From positions 64,001 to 128,000 of the forward strand of contig JBCNVN010000001.1 of the NCBI GenBank assembly GCA_039630055.1: a DNA stretch of 64,000 bases, in the 5' to 3' direction. A program made the position numbers and the translations under genes. Positions within the stretch are counted from its first letter, which is position 1; each line of letters begins with the position of its first letter. Under the pieces are notes generated by a model that saw nothing but the letters and a program-made list of their open reading frames with translations, made no database searches and was not told where the DNA came from. This document shows, in pieces, positions 1-10,143 of the stretch. Source of the stretch: Candidatus Caldarchaeales archaeon. GTDB lineage: Archaea > Thermoproteota > Nitrososphaeria_A > Caldarchaeales > Wolframiiraptoraceae.

Positions 1-103
1 TCCTTCCCCGAGCTCTAAGCAAAACTTCTCTCTCCCCCTTGTTAAATAAGGTTATACATGCTGTAACATACCTCATCTTAGATTTCTTCCCTACTATTAC
101 CAT
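1..103 (-). CDS. albA: DNA/RNA-binding protein Alba (partial, runs off window start)
   Basis: Not in the ORF track. Manual translation from ATG at 103 gives MVIVGKKSKMRYVTACITLFNKGEREVLLRARGR, matching the Alba N-terminus (V-x-G-K-K...Y-V...A-R-G-R). An in-frame TTG at 115 is an alternative start. Confidence 0.85.
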   Translation of the reverse strand, partial: MVIVGKKSKMRYVTACITLFNKGEREVLLRARGR

Positions 104-162
104 CGCCTTCCTCAAATCTCTTCTTACCCTATAGATGGTTCACGAGGAATATATCTTTGTTT

Positions 163-1923
163 CTAGAATAGTAAGTATAATATTGTGAAGGTTAATAAGC
201 CTGAGATGACAATCGTCGAGAAAATTGTTAAGAAGAGTAGTCTTAGGGATTTCTGCGTCTTGTCTGCAGCCTCTTCAAGGAAGTCGTTAGACATTACCTT
301 TATATTGTTGAAAATGAATGAGATCCTCGCCGCCTCCATCTTCTTGATATTGTTCTTAGCCTTTCTCACAGTTCTCAAAACAGACTCGACTATCTCTTCT
401 ATGGGAATCACCTCTCCCAGTGGATGGTATCCTCTACCTCCAAGCTTGACCCCATTAACAATATGGGTATCTGTTGTTAATACTTCGCAATAATCTATTC
501 CGATCCTTTTGACTTCTTCTAAGATCTTATCTCTAACCTGTGGAACCGCATTATTACTATCGATAACTGTGAGAGCTGAAAACTTATCGTTATTCTTTAA
601 TAAAATTGTTCTGATGCCTAGTGGCCCTATACCATCTTCTAAGCCATAACCATCGATGTCTGTCTCACCATATCCAAGAAATATTTCAGAACATCTATCA
701 ACCGATACTCTAGATGCATTCTTTAGAGCTCGCTTAACATCTTCCAGTCTATCATTTAGCTCTCTAACATCTTCAGAGAAACTATTATGAGCATCAACAA
801 CCACTAGTTCATCATTCCTTATATCATCCATAACCTCAAGAGGTATGTCTTCCATCCCTTCTGGATGTAGAGTTACTAGAGTAAGGATTGTTTTTCCTAT
901 GGGTATAAGAGTTGTAGTTACAGAACCAGAGTTTAATATCTTCGTAGAACCCAGTAGACTAGAGTAATCCGAGTCATGGTTTAATATCTTTCTCTCAATC
1001 TCATCAGATATAAACTCGCAATCTATTCTCGAGATGATGTTCTTAGAATGGTCTGATAATCCTTTAACGATAACTGATCTGATGTTATGTCTAGAAAGCT
1101 TCTCATCGATTAGATACGGTAGTATGGTGCTTCCAAAATCTTTGAATGGACCGGGATGAAAACCTGGGACTATTAGAGCTATGTCAACCTTACGGGATGA
1201 AACCTCTCTGAACGCTATCAACTCTATCTTTATATCCGATTTACTTTCAAGTTTTTCAGCCAGTCTCTCTAGATTCTCTCTCACACCATCAAGGAATATT
1301 GCCAACATCGCTGATAAGAGTTCTAACGGCTTCAACCCCCTAATCTTCAATAAGACATCGATCGTTGAAGAATAACCTATGTATGCTATACTTCCAACGA
1401 GTTGACCGATAATCATAGTAATCTTAACATCTTCTAGATTAGAAAGTAGGAAAGGAAGAACTTGAAGTAGGGAGACTGTGGTTGAATACTTGAGTGTATA
1501 GGTTAAGCTGTCTCCACTTAGAACTCTAATTATTAATCCTCTAAGCATGGTTGCTAAAGCTACAAGTGATGAGAGGATGGATAAAGCTAAGATTATCGGA
1601 AATCTTAAGATATGTGCTAAATAGATGGTTGCTAATCCAATACTGGCCATGGACAATTCTATCAATGTAATTCCGTTTAGCCTTCTAAAATTAACTAGTT
1701 CTCTCCGATTCCTGGAGAAGATGTAGTTGACTAAGATTATAGAGTAGAAGGATACTGCTGATAATAATATGATTGGATAAGCGATCAGAGAGACTAGAAA
1801 TACCGTTATAGTAGCGGACGTTATCGTTATGGTTACCAGGCTACCTTTACCTGGAAGCCCCTTAATGTATGGATAGAGAGAGGCCAATCTCGTTGTATGG
1901 TTTCTCAACTTCAAATTTTTCAT
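163..1923 (-). CDS. DUF2070 family membrane protein
   Basis: 586 aa; several N-terminal TM helices, then HPGPF, DAHNS, IDSNN and TTDTH motifs typical of archaeal DUF2070. Confidence 0.8.
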   Translation of the reverse strand: MKNLKLRNHTTRLASLYPYIKGLPGKGSLVTITITSATITVFLVSLIAYPIILLSAVSFYSIILVNYIFSRNRRELVNFRRLNGITLIELSMASIGLATIYLAHILRFPIILALSILSSLVALATMLRGLIIRVLSGDSLTYTLKYSTTVSLLQVLPFLLSNLEDVKITMIIGQLVGSIAYIGYSSTIDVLLKIRGLKPLELLSAMLAIFLDGVRENLERLAEKLESKSDIKIELIAFREVSSRKVDIALIVPGFHPGPFKDFGSTILPYLIDEKLSRHNIRSVIVKGLSDHSKNIISRIDCEFISDEIERKILNHDSDYSSLLGSTKILNSGSVTTTLIPIGKTILTLVTLHPEGMEDIPLEVMDDIRNDELVVVDAHNSFSEDVRELNDRLEDVKRALKNASRVSVDRCSEIFLGYGETDIDGYGLEDGIGPLGIRTILLKNNDKFSALTVIDSNNAVPQVRDKILEEVKRIGIDYCEVLTTDTHIVNGVKLGGRGYHPLGEVIPIEEIVESVLRTVRKAKNNIKKMEAARISFIFNNIKVMSNDFLEEAADKTQKSLRLLFLTIFSTIVISGLLTFTILYLLF

Positions 1924-2031
1924 GGAGATTCTCTACCACGAATTATATTAACCAATCGTTACAGCACTAGATATAGATATTTTTTATGTTGAGAAAGCGT
2001 TAAGAATATCTAATATGTTGAGATTTGTAGA

Positions 2032-3012
2032 TTGAGTAGGGTTAAGGTTCTTAGAGGTTATGGACCAGCTATAGATGTTAGAGGTGTTAAGCTTGTATTC
2101 GATAGTAGTCCTCACGGAAAGAGTATTCAACTTATCTCACACGCTCACCTTGACCATGTTCAAACTCTTTCTCCAGTAAATGTTATAATGACCAGAGAGA
2201 CCCACTCGATACTTGAATCTATAGGTAGGAGAGGTGAATGGACTAAGATAGAATATGGAAGAGGATTAACAATATTGGATGATGTAAAGATATCTGCAGA
2301 GCCTTCAGGCCACGTTTTAGGATCAGCTCAGTTTATAATAGATCTAGATGGAAATAGATTGGTGTATACAGGCGACTTAAACATCTACGATAGCCTAGTA
2401 CATAGAGGAGCGAACCCCATAGAGTCGGACATACTAATAATAGAGTCTACTTATGGTGAACCATCATACAGATTTCCTAGTAGAGAGAAGATATACGCAA
2501 ACATAATTAGATGGATACTGGAAACTACGAACTCAGGCGGGATACCTGCATTCAAAGTATACTCTCTAGGTAAGAGCCAGGAGATAATACAGTTAATCAA
2601 TACTTATCTAGATCTTCCCGTCGTGGTAAGTTGGCCAGTTGCAAGAATATCTGAAAGATATAGAGAATATGGAATCCCTCTAGAGTACATCATCATCAAT
2701 AGCCTTGAAGGATTAGAATTATTAAAGCATGGTGATTGCGTCTATGTCTCTAGCTCAAGAGAGGATCTTCCAACCAAAAGGAATATTCGATGGGCCGTTG
2801 CCACAGGATGGGCCTTAAGATATAGATATAATAGCTATGATATGGCTTTTCCACTTAGTGGTCATTCAGACTATGATGGATTAATAAAATATGTTGAGGA
2901 GAGCTGTCCGAAACAGGTTTACACATTCCATGGATACGCCAAGACATTCTCACAGCATCTTACACGTAAAGGTATAAGCTCTAAACCTCTCACTGAGATT
3001 AGTGAAGTATAG
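2032..3012 (+). CDS. Metallo-beta-lactamase/beta-CASP family nuclease
   Basis: SHAHLDH, SGHVLGS, YTGD, ESTYG and C-terminal LSGHSD motifs. Confidence 0.82.
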   Translation: MSRVKVLRGYGPAIDVRGVKLVFDSSPHGKSIQLISHAHLDHVQTLSPVNVIMTRETHSILESIGRRGEWTKIEYGRGLTILDDVKISAEPSGHVLGSAQFIIDLDGNRLVYTGDLNIYDSLVHRGANPIESDILIIESTYGEPSYRFPSREKIYANIIRWILETTNSGGIPAFKVYSLGKSQEIIQLINTYLDLPVVVSWPVARISERYREYGIPLEYIIINSLEGLELLKHGDCVYVSSSREDLPTKRNIRWAVATGWALRYRYNSYDMAFPLSGHSDYDGLIKYVEESCPKQVYTFHGYAKTFSQHLTRKGISSKPLTEISEV

Positions 3013-3118
3013 ATTAAGAGGATTTAAGTGGGTAATATAGTGAGTTTCTTAAGATCTTTGAAGTAGAAGTATGAGATCTTTATTAGTAACCAGGATGAGC
3101 ATCATGGTAGTGTAGCTT

Positions 3119-3286
3119 ATGAGTGCTAGGAGAAGACGGAGAGAGGCCCCGATGCCCCAGTCTGCTGCAGGTCTATTAAGATTCTTTGAAGAGGAGATAA
3201 AAGGTATTAAGATTAGAGCTGAGCTCATCCTCATACTTGCAGCGGTCATGATCGCCACGGTCATCATCGCAAATCTATTCTTCTAA
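3119..3286 (+). CDS. secG: Preprotein translocase subunit Sec61-beta
   Basis: Not in the ORF track. 55 aa MSARRRRREAPMPQSAAGLLRFFEEEIKGIKIRAELILILAAVMIATVIIANLFF; AGLLRFFEE motif plus a single C-terminal TM helix. Confidence 0.88.
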   Translation: MSARRRRREAPMPQSAAGLLRFFEEEIKGIKIRAELILILAAVMIATVIIANLFF

Positions 3287-3447
3287 ATGTTCCTCTTGTA
3301 AAATTCTGAAATGAACTAAACTATCTATTTATGATTCAATTCTTCCCCTAGATACTTATATTAACAAACAAAACTATCAAGAAGCTTCATAGTCAAACAA
3401 CATGCTTTATCATCTCTTTCACATACGATCAAACTTCTACAACTTTA

Positions 3448-3717
3448 TTAAAACAAGTCTAGTTCTGTCTGACCCATACCAGTCTGCGTCCAAATTACTC
3501 TCCTTTTATACTTATAAGACTTAACTATCCCTTCTGCCTCCATATTCTTTAGATGTCTCCTAACTGAAGAATTACTTCTCTTGACTTCTTCTGCTATATT
3601 CTTTAGAGTTGAGGGTTTAGAAGATATAATCTCGAGGATTCTAGACCTGGTATCTATCCCCCTCTTAACATTCTTGATCCTAGATAAGTATGCTCTAGGG
3701 TTGACCTTAGACATCAA
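3448..3717 (-). CDS. Small winged-helix (ArsR-like) DNA-binding protein
   Basis: TRSRILEII...TLKNIAEEVKRSNSSVRRHLKNMEAEGIV wHTH pattern; directly downstream of polC; C-terminus QTELDLF. Confidence 0.8.
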   Translation of the reverse strand: MMSKVNPRAYLSRIKNVKRGIDTRSRILEIISSKPSTLKNIAEEVKRSNSSVRRHLKNMEAEGIVKSYKYKRRVIWTQTGMGQTELDLF

Positions 3718-3764
3718 TTATAGGATCTTTACATCTTCTAGATATCTATTTACCCTTTATGGAG

Positions 3765-6700
3765 CTAGCTGGAGAAACTTTCTAGAGAGGCTTGCCTGCC
3801 AACTTTCCCCCCGACCATTCTCTGTCTTGACAACATTCTTTCAATATTCTCTATAGACATATAACCGTACTCTTTAAGATATGGTGTTTTTACATATCTT
3901 GATAAAAGTTTTCTTGCGAGCTCGACATATTTCTCCACCGCCCCTCTGAACACGGTCTGCATAAGCTCTCCACCGCATCTAGAGCACTTGGTGGTGATCG
4001 GTAGCCTCCTATACTTTAAACCACATCTCTTACATCTAAATTCTTGTGTAAAGAATGCTCTAGCATTTCCAACTATATCCGGTAAAATGTGGGTCTGCAT
4101 TATCTTCTCAACTACTAGGGTAACGTCGATTCCTGCTAACTTATTAGCAATATCCAGCTGTCCAACTATCTTATCTAGCATTGAAGAGTGTTTTTTGTAT
4201 GCTGACTCTTTAACAGGCGTGGTTAGAGAAGTTTGTGGATGTGTGAACCTTGTAGACGTGTAAGATCCAGCTTCTCCAAGGAAATTCTTTACAGTTAATA
4301 TAATTCCAGATACTTTAGATATGTGTTCTCTATCCTCTGCCCTCCTATAAAATTCTAAAGGATATCTATCTGCAACATCGAGATTATGTGCTTGTTCATC
4401 TACCTCTTCTGGATAAACTATAGAGGTTATCAAGAGAGGTGTATCCATTCTTCCACCAATTCTATCTGGGAGATATAGTTTAGAGAAGTTTATTAGAGGG
4501 TCTAATAGAAGCATTATGCTATCCTCATCTCCATCACAGTCTCTTCTCTTTGCTGCATGAAGGACCGGGTGAGCGAAACATACAAGAGCATCCACTATGC
4601 CGATCACTCTCGATACGGAGGCTGCATATGTGTGAGGTGATAAGACTACTACGAGTTCTCCTATAACATCTTCAGGACTATTGAAATTATAGTATGGATT
4701 CATTCCTGCAAGCTTCACTAACTCATCATCAATCACTTTTGAGACCTTGAATAAGTGTTCAGCAGCTTCTCTCGGGATGATTATGTCTTGTATTCTCAGC
4801 TCAAGATACTGGTCTGGAGATGTCAATAGATTACCATAGATATCATGTGTATATCCAAGCTCTCTAAGCTTCTCTACCTTCGTCCCTATCTGTCTTGGAG
4901 TAAAGTGGGTTAGAGGAGCATTCGTTACATCAAATCTCATCGTGCCATCCTTGTATATGAAAAGTCCATGTTTTGCTCTCATTATACCTTTAGAGAGCTC
5001 TTCAGGGGTTCTGGTTAGACTAGTCAATCTTTTAACACCTTTAATCTTTGATGGGGGTGCTTCACCAATCCTTCTCAAAGCCTCATAAACTTCTTCCGCT
5101 ACATTCACCACGAACTTCTCAAAATAGTGAACGGTACCTCCACACTTCACGCAAGTGCTCTCCCCATCATACTTCTTCTCTGATCCACATGATTCACATA
5201 ATCCTATAATATCTGTTATAATTCCACATTTAGGACATCTATGCTTCCACGTCTTCATTCTGCAATTCGGACAAATTCTCCTAACCAATTCAACGGCCAC
5301 TCTCTCGTTATTGTTTGAAGCTTGTACGATGTCTCTTGAAGGCCCTCCACTCAACCCTATCGGGAAGAGGATGTTTACGGGAGGGGTCGTCTCTCTCTGG
5401 GCAGCTTTTTCAGGCCTACCCATTCTAGCGCTTATAAAAGTTCCAGTCTTATCCTTAATCTTCAACCCTGATAATCTGGATAAATGCTCAAGTATGGGGC
5501 CATCAACTAACCGTTCTTCTCTAAATGGTTGAAGCGTTGCGATGAGAGCTTTGAACCATGATTTGGGGATAACTATCCTATCAGACTCAACTCTATGCTC
5601 TACAAGTATCCTAATTAGAAGCTCTCTAATATCATCAGATCTAGGTAGATGTATTTCTTCATCTTTATGAATGAGCGGCCTTATACCATTTCTAATCCAT
5701 CTTCTAATCATCTCTGACTCCTCTACCGTTATGTTTGTCCAGAAAGCAGTGTATCGAGGGTGGAGAGGAGCACCGGTCCTAAAACTTATAATGATAGCCT
5801 CATCTACGGAAGGAATCTCATGGAAGGGGTCAGTGATTAGAGAATCGATCCTCTCTAAAAGTTTTCTATCAACTTTATCGAGAGAATTGACCAAGGCCAT
5901 CCTAAGCTCTTCCGCCCACCACTCTTCACAAAATCCCGGTGGATAAAGTATAACATTGTTCTCTATCAGGTCTCCTACCGATATCAGTATATCTCCAAGA
6001 AACAGTATTTTAGCAATCTTCTCTTTTATCCTCATATACTTTGAATGATCATCTAGTCTTAGGAGCTCACCATCCTCCGTCAATACATGTGGTGGCTCGA
6101 TAGTATCTACTACGGCCACGACCCCTCCTTTCCCTGGATAGTCCAACTTTAGCTGAGTTCCAGAGACAATATACCAATTCAAGACTTCCAAGGTTAATGG
6201 GTGGAGACCTATAGATGCTAAGCCTGTTGATGGAGCCCTTCCATATCTAATCCTCAAACCACCGAACCTATCTGGGAGAGAGAGTATGGGTCTTCCACCA
6301 ACAACTTCATCAAAGTATCTCTCATCTTCATTCTTCACTTGCTCCATCATCTTGATTACTTCTTTTATCCAATCCCAGCCATCTAATCCTACCTTTTCAA
6401 CGAGTTTTAGAACTTTCTTGGCTCTACCCGCTATACCATCGTTTACAACTCTGAGAGCTCCTCCTCTAAGATAGTTTGTCTCAATCCTCGGCAGGTTCCG
6501 GAATGAAGATACAAGTATCCTATCTGTCGGGATACCTGTTACTTCTACTGGAAGATTCTTCAAAACATACTCAATTATGTTATCTGGAACATTGTATTGG
6601 AATCTCGAGACCATCTTCTTATAGACTCTCAGTTCCTCTATGAACCTTACTATCTCCTCATAAGTGGGAATATACTTATCTAATCCCATTAGCCTTCTAA

Positions 6701-7193
6701 CGTAATCTGCTAAGACTACGACTGCAGCTAGTTCTGTTCCTCCTGCAGACCTGATGGGTCCTGCAAAATATACGGCGAGATATCTCGTACCATCTAGATT
6801 CTTCTTAATCTTCACTTTAACTATGCCTTCTGTAGGGGCAGCGGTTATACATGGAGGGGTCATCACTGCTAAAGATGTCCTTATAGCTTGAAGTATGATC
6901 TTTTCATCATCTCCTCCTGTACCATGTTCTAAGATGATGTCCTCCGCCAATCTTAGTGCCAGCTTCTCTATAGTAGTCTTGCTAAACAGTTTTCTAATCT
7001 TCTCTGCAATACCTTTCGGTCCAACTAGAAGCTCAACCCTCTCTGCTAAGTCTCGTGCAAACATTACCTCGATGTATGGTGTTGGAGATGATATCCTCTT
7101 CCTAGCTTCAACAGCTATCTTCTTAGCATGATTTATCTTTTCAATTAGTGAACCATAGTATCCTTGTAACTCTTTGGGGGTCTCACCAATCAT
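3765..7193 (-). CDS. polC: DNA polymerase D large subunit (DP2)
   Basis: YFAGPIRSAGGT, RGGALRVVNDG, RMGRPEKA, Zn-finger CxxC clusters, catalytic HAAKRRDCDGDEDS, C-terminal PIP-like QASLESF; no intein seen. Confidence 0.97.
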   Translation of the reverse strand: MIGETPKELQGYYGSLIEKINHAKKIAVEARKRISSPTPYIEVMFARDLAERVELLVGPKGIAEKIRKLFSKTTIEKLALRLAEDIILEHGTGGDDEKIILQAIRTSLAVMTPPCITAAPTEGIVKVKIKKNLDGTRYLAVYFAGPIRSAGGTELAAVVVLADYVRRLMGLDKYIPTYEEIVRFIEELRVYKKMVSRFQYNVPDNIIEYVLKNLPVEVTGIPTDRILVSSFRNLPRIETNYLRGGALRVVNDGIAGRAKKVLKLVEKVGLDGWDWIKEVIKMMEQVKNEDERYFDEVVGGRPILSLPDRFGGLRIRYGRAPSTGLASIGLHPLTLEVLNWYIVSGTQLKLDYPGKGGVVAVVDTIEPPHVLTEDGELLRLDDHSKYMRIKEKIAKILFLGDILISVGDLIENNVILYPPGFCEEWWAEELRMALVNSLDKVDRKLLERIDSLITDPFHEIPSVDEAIIISFRTGAPLHPRYTAFWTNITVEESEMIRRWIRNGIRPLIHKDEEIHLPRSDDIRELLIRILVEHRVESDRIVIPKSWFKALIATLQPFREERLVDGPILEHLSRLSGLKIKDKTGTFISARMGRPEKAAQRETTPPVNILFPIGLSGGPSRDIVQASNNNERVAVELVRRICPNCRMKTWKHRCPKCGIITDIIGLCESCGSEKKYDGESTCVKCGGTVHYFEKFVVNVAEEVYEALRRIGEAPPSKIKGVKRLTSLTRTPEELSKGIMRAKHGLFIYKDGTMRFDVTNAPLTHFTPRQIGTKVEKLRELGYTHDIYGNLLTSPDQYLELRIQDIIIPREAAEHLFKVSKVIDDELVKLAGMNPYYNFNSPEDVIGELVVVLSPHTYAASVSRVIGIVDALVCFAHPVLHAAKRRDCDGDEDSIMLLLDPLINFSKLYLPDRIGGRMDTPLLITSIVYPEEVDEQAHNLDVADRYPLEFYRRAEDREHISKVSGIILTVKNFLGEAGSYTSTRFTHPQTSLTTPVKESAYKKHSSMLDKIVGQLDIANKLAGIDVTLVVEKIMQTHILPDIVGNARAFFTQEFRCKRCGLKYRRLPITTKCSRCGGELMQTVFRGAVEKYVELARKLLSRYVKTPYLKEYGYMSIENIERMLSRQRMVGGKVGRQASLESFSS

Positions 7194-7477
7194 CTAGTAG
7201 AAGAATATCTCTGGATGTTATTATGTATAGTTTTATCTTATATTTTTATTGTGATGATGTTCTAGAAGAAGATTGGGAAAGAATTAGCTTTGGCCATGTC
7301 TTTAACATGGTCCGAATAGTTCTACATCGTGAGGGAAGGATTAATCTATATTTATCGGACACTCAATCATCTATTATCTTATGATTGTATATAGATGGTA
7401 GATGGATCCAAAGCTGTAAGAATGTTTAGCTATAACTTAGTATAAGGTCTATTAAGATGTGAGAGAAGACGACTGTC

Positions 7478-7855
7478 TTAACCCTTATACTTCATCCACT
7501 CTTCTACAAGATCGTATCCTAACAGCTTCTTTAAAGCTTCTCGTCCTTCAGGTGTAACTTTCAGCGGTGTCCATGGAGGCTCAAAAACTAGATTTACATT
7601 GACCTCTTTAGCTTCTGGAATCTTCTCTCTTATAGAATTTTCTGCTGTCATTAATATCATGGTGGCTATCGGGCATCCTGGAGCGGTTAACGTCATATCT
7701 ACATTTACTCTCCCCTCATCATCGATATCTATTTTATAGACTAGCCCTAGGTCGTAAACGTTTACAGGGATCTCAGGGTCATAAACGTTCTTCAAAGCCT
7801 CAACCACTTTTGAATTCATTATCTCCTTCTCTATAGCTGAGAGCTTCCCACCCAT
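7478..7855 (-). CDS. DUF59/MIP18 (SufT-like) Fe-S cluster assembly protein
   Basis: VYDPEIPVNVYDLGLVY, MTLTAPGCP, FEPPWTP motifs. Confidence 0.9.
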   Translation of the reverse strand: MGGKLSAIEKEIMNSKVVEALKNVYDPEIPVNVYDLGLVYKIDIDDEGRVNVDMTLTAPGCPIATMILMTAENSIREKIPEAKEVNVNLVFEPPWTPLKVTPEGREALKKLLGYDLVEEWMKYKG

Positions 7856-7899
7856 CTCATTTATAAACTCATTAAAGCTAGGATTTATCTGTATGTTAC

Positions 7900-8667
7900 C
7901 TACAATTCTTCAAGAGCGACCTTGTCCAGACGCTCAGATAGTGGTTCTTTAATGACTATCCCCTCTCCAGGCTCTATCTCAAATATGTATACAGATGAAT
8001 CAGTTATAGACCAACGCATCTTTCTCACATAGATCGTCTTCAGAAGCTTACCTTTAAAACGTGAGACTCCGAGAACGATCACCCCAGAAGAAAGAAACTC
8101 TTCAAAACCAAATCTACTAAGCTTTTTCGAGGCCGATGGTATATCACATGTTAGAAGAGTTGTAGCCCTCATCCTCTCCTCGAGCATGTTTATAACCTCT
8201 CGAAGATATTCTCTCACAATGAATTCTTCTCCCGCACCTAGAGCTAATGCAGATATTGGATCTAGGACTATTCTACTTATAGGCCGGCCACGTGCCACCT
8301 TCTCTATGGCCTCAACGAATGCTCTACTCTCTTTTCCAAACCTCTTTAGGTCAGAGGTAAATAATCTAAACTCGAAAGGATAGAATGTTCCCTGATGGAT
8401 ATACTCCCAGAAGTTCCATCCGAGTGATAATGCACCATTAAGAACCCCATCTATTCTTTCATCTAGCGATACATATATTCCATTCTCATTCCTCTTTAAA
8501 CCCTCCAAGAGAAATTGTAAGCTTAGGATAGTCTTTCCTACCCCTGTCTCGCCTGTTACAAGGTAGGTCCTACCCTTTAGCAGCCCGCCTCCAAGCATCT
8601 GGTCAAGCTTAGGTATGCCGGTAGATACTCTATCATATACTTCTGCCAACTCTTTTCGAATATTCAT
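7900..8667 (-). CDS. KaiC/RAD55-like RecA-superfamily ATPase (single domain)
   Basis: STGIPKLDQMLGGG, Walker A GETGVGKT, RIVLDPIS, GFEEFLSSGVI, VRKMR. Confidence 0.88.
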   Translation of the reverse strand: MNIRKELAEVYDRVSTGIPKLDQMLGGGLLKGRTYLVTGETGVGKTILSLQFLLEGLKRNENGIYVSLDERIDGVLNGALSLGWNFWEYIHQGTFYPFEFRLFTSDLKRFGKESRAFVEAIEKVARGRPISRIVLDPISALALGAGEEFIVREYLREVINMLEERMRATTLLTCDIPSASKKLSRFGFEEFLSSGVIVLGVSRFKGKLLKTIYVRKMRWSITDSSVYIFEIEPGEGIVIKEPLSERLDKVALEEL

Positions 8668-8748
8668 AGTTAGCTCCTACAATATAAACGGTTGCTAATT
8701 ATAATGAGCGCTCTAGATATCTAGATGGAGGTTTACAAGTGTTTAGAG

Positions 8749-9543
8749 TTAGTCTGTTCTATAGCTATTGATAGTATTTATGAGCTTCCTCAGCCTGTCT
8801 ACATCTTCTTCTGCAAGTGTTCCAGTAACTATTATATCCACACCGGAATCTAGTATCGCGACAACCTGCTCAACAGTCCTTATACCTCCACCAACTATCA
8901 ATGGTATATCTATCGATGATTTTATAGTCTTCAAGATATTTGATGATATGGGATGAGACGCTCCTGAACCCGCCTCTAAATATACGAACCTAAACCCTAG
9001 GTACTGGGCTGCAAGAGCGTAAGCTACTACAACCTCTGGATGATTTTCAGGTATTGGTAAGACTCTTCCAATAGCGGATACAGCTGTATCTGCTCTAAAG
9101 ACGATGTAAGCTAGTGGGATGGTCTCGATGTTGTGCTTTTTGATGAATGGTGCAGCCTGCATCTGTGCTCCAACTATATAATACCAATCTAGAGAATTTA
9201 GTAGAGACATGTACCAGACTGCATCAGCATACTTTGATAATGCTTGAACATTGTTTGGGAATATTATAATAGGTATCTTGACATTCTTCTTTAGACTTAT
9301 AATAAATTCATCCATCTCACTCTGCGATGAAACTGTAGATCCTCCAACCATTATAGCTGCGCAGCCCTCAGATTCAACGATCTTTGCAATCTGAATTGCC
9401 CGATCTATAGATATATTCTCAGGATCTAATAAAGTCATATGTATAGGACCATTCTCCAGCTTACTTAGTAAGTAGCTTTCAGTTGATCTGATTTTTAATG
9501 ATCTTAAAAACTTGTCCAAACATCGCCCCCTCTTCATCAACAA
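8749..9543 (-). CDS. Geranylgeranylglyceryl phosphate synthase (PcrB/GGGPS family)
   Basis: HMTLLDPE, IMVGGST, YLEAGSGA, LIVGGGIR motifs; exact start uncertain. Confidence 0.92.
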   Translation of the reverse strand: MLMKRGRCLDKFLRSLKIRSTESYLLSKLENGPIHMTLLDPENISIDRAIQIAKIVESEGCAAIMVGGSTVSSQSEMDEFIISLKKNVKIPIIIFPNNVQALSKYADAVWYMSLLNSLDWYYIVGAQMQAAPFIKKHNIETIPLAYIVFRADTAVSAIGRVLPIPENHPEVVVAYALAAQYLGFRFVYLEAGSGASHPISSNILKTIKSSIDIPLIVGGGIRTVEQVVAILDSGVDIIVTGTLAEEDVDRLRKLINTINSYRTD

Positions 9544-9569
9544 ATTATCAATCTCATATCTAACTATTT

Positions 9570-9941
9570 CTACATCGCATTACTTATTTCATCATTGCTC
9601 TTCTCAGTTACCCTACCCTCCTCAAAGGTTCCAATATCGCCGCTTAAAGTATCTAGTACTTTTTCATCTTCACTGCTCTCAGCAACTACTTCAACTTTCT
9701 TAGCTCCAGTAACGATATCATAGAATTCTGTATAGGCATCTACTTCAGAATATGATGGATGCCATCTGACCCTTACCCTGGTTTTACAGTTAGAGCATGC
9801 TACATCCGCATATTCTTCATCTTTCAGACGGTGAACGGTCACCGCCTCAACATTACATAATGGACATACAAATATCTTTGGAAGAGGTCTTACCGGCCTC
9901 TTCTTAATGATCTTTCTTCTTCTACGCCCCACCTCAACCAC
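9570..9941 (-). CDS. elf1: Transcription elongation factor Elf1
   Basis: GRRRRK basic N-terminus, LPKIFVCPLC...CSNC Zn ribbon, VDAYTEFYD, then an acidic tail. Confidence 0.85.
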   Translation of the reverse strand: MVEVGRRRRKIIKKRPVRPLPKIFVCPLCNVEAVTVHRLKDEEYADVACSNCKTRVRVRWHPSYSEVDAYTEFYDIVTGAKKVEVVAESSEDEKVLDTLSGDIGTFEEGRVTEKSNDEISNAM

Positions 9942-10143
9942 TGGTAGTCAATAGAAGACACTACAAGATAAATTTTGCAGACTTATGGTTCATCTAGAAT
10001 TATTCTATCATCTTGTTAAATAGTTGTGGATAGAAAGTTTCGAGAAAAAGAATTTTAAGATTATACGTAGATACTGGTCTATCATCTCAGAGTAAGAGAA
10101 AGTGAATATTATTAAAGAGTAATCTTAGGTATGATCGGGAGAT

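Noticed and set aside
3765-7193. Intein in PolD DP2 (or in CDC48)
   Set aside because: Lengths are normal, catalytic motifs are contiguous, and no C...HN splice or LAGLIDADG motifs are seen.
7251-7315. Possible C/D box sRNA (GTGATGA ... CCGA with an internal hairpin)
   Set aside because: No convincing D'/C' boxes, and no target can be verified by eye.
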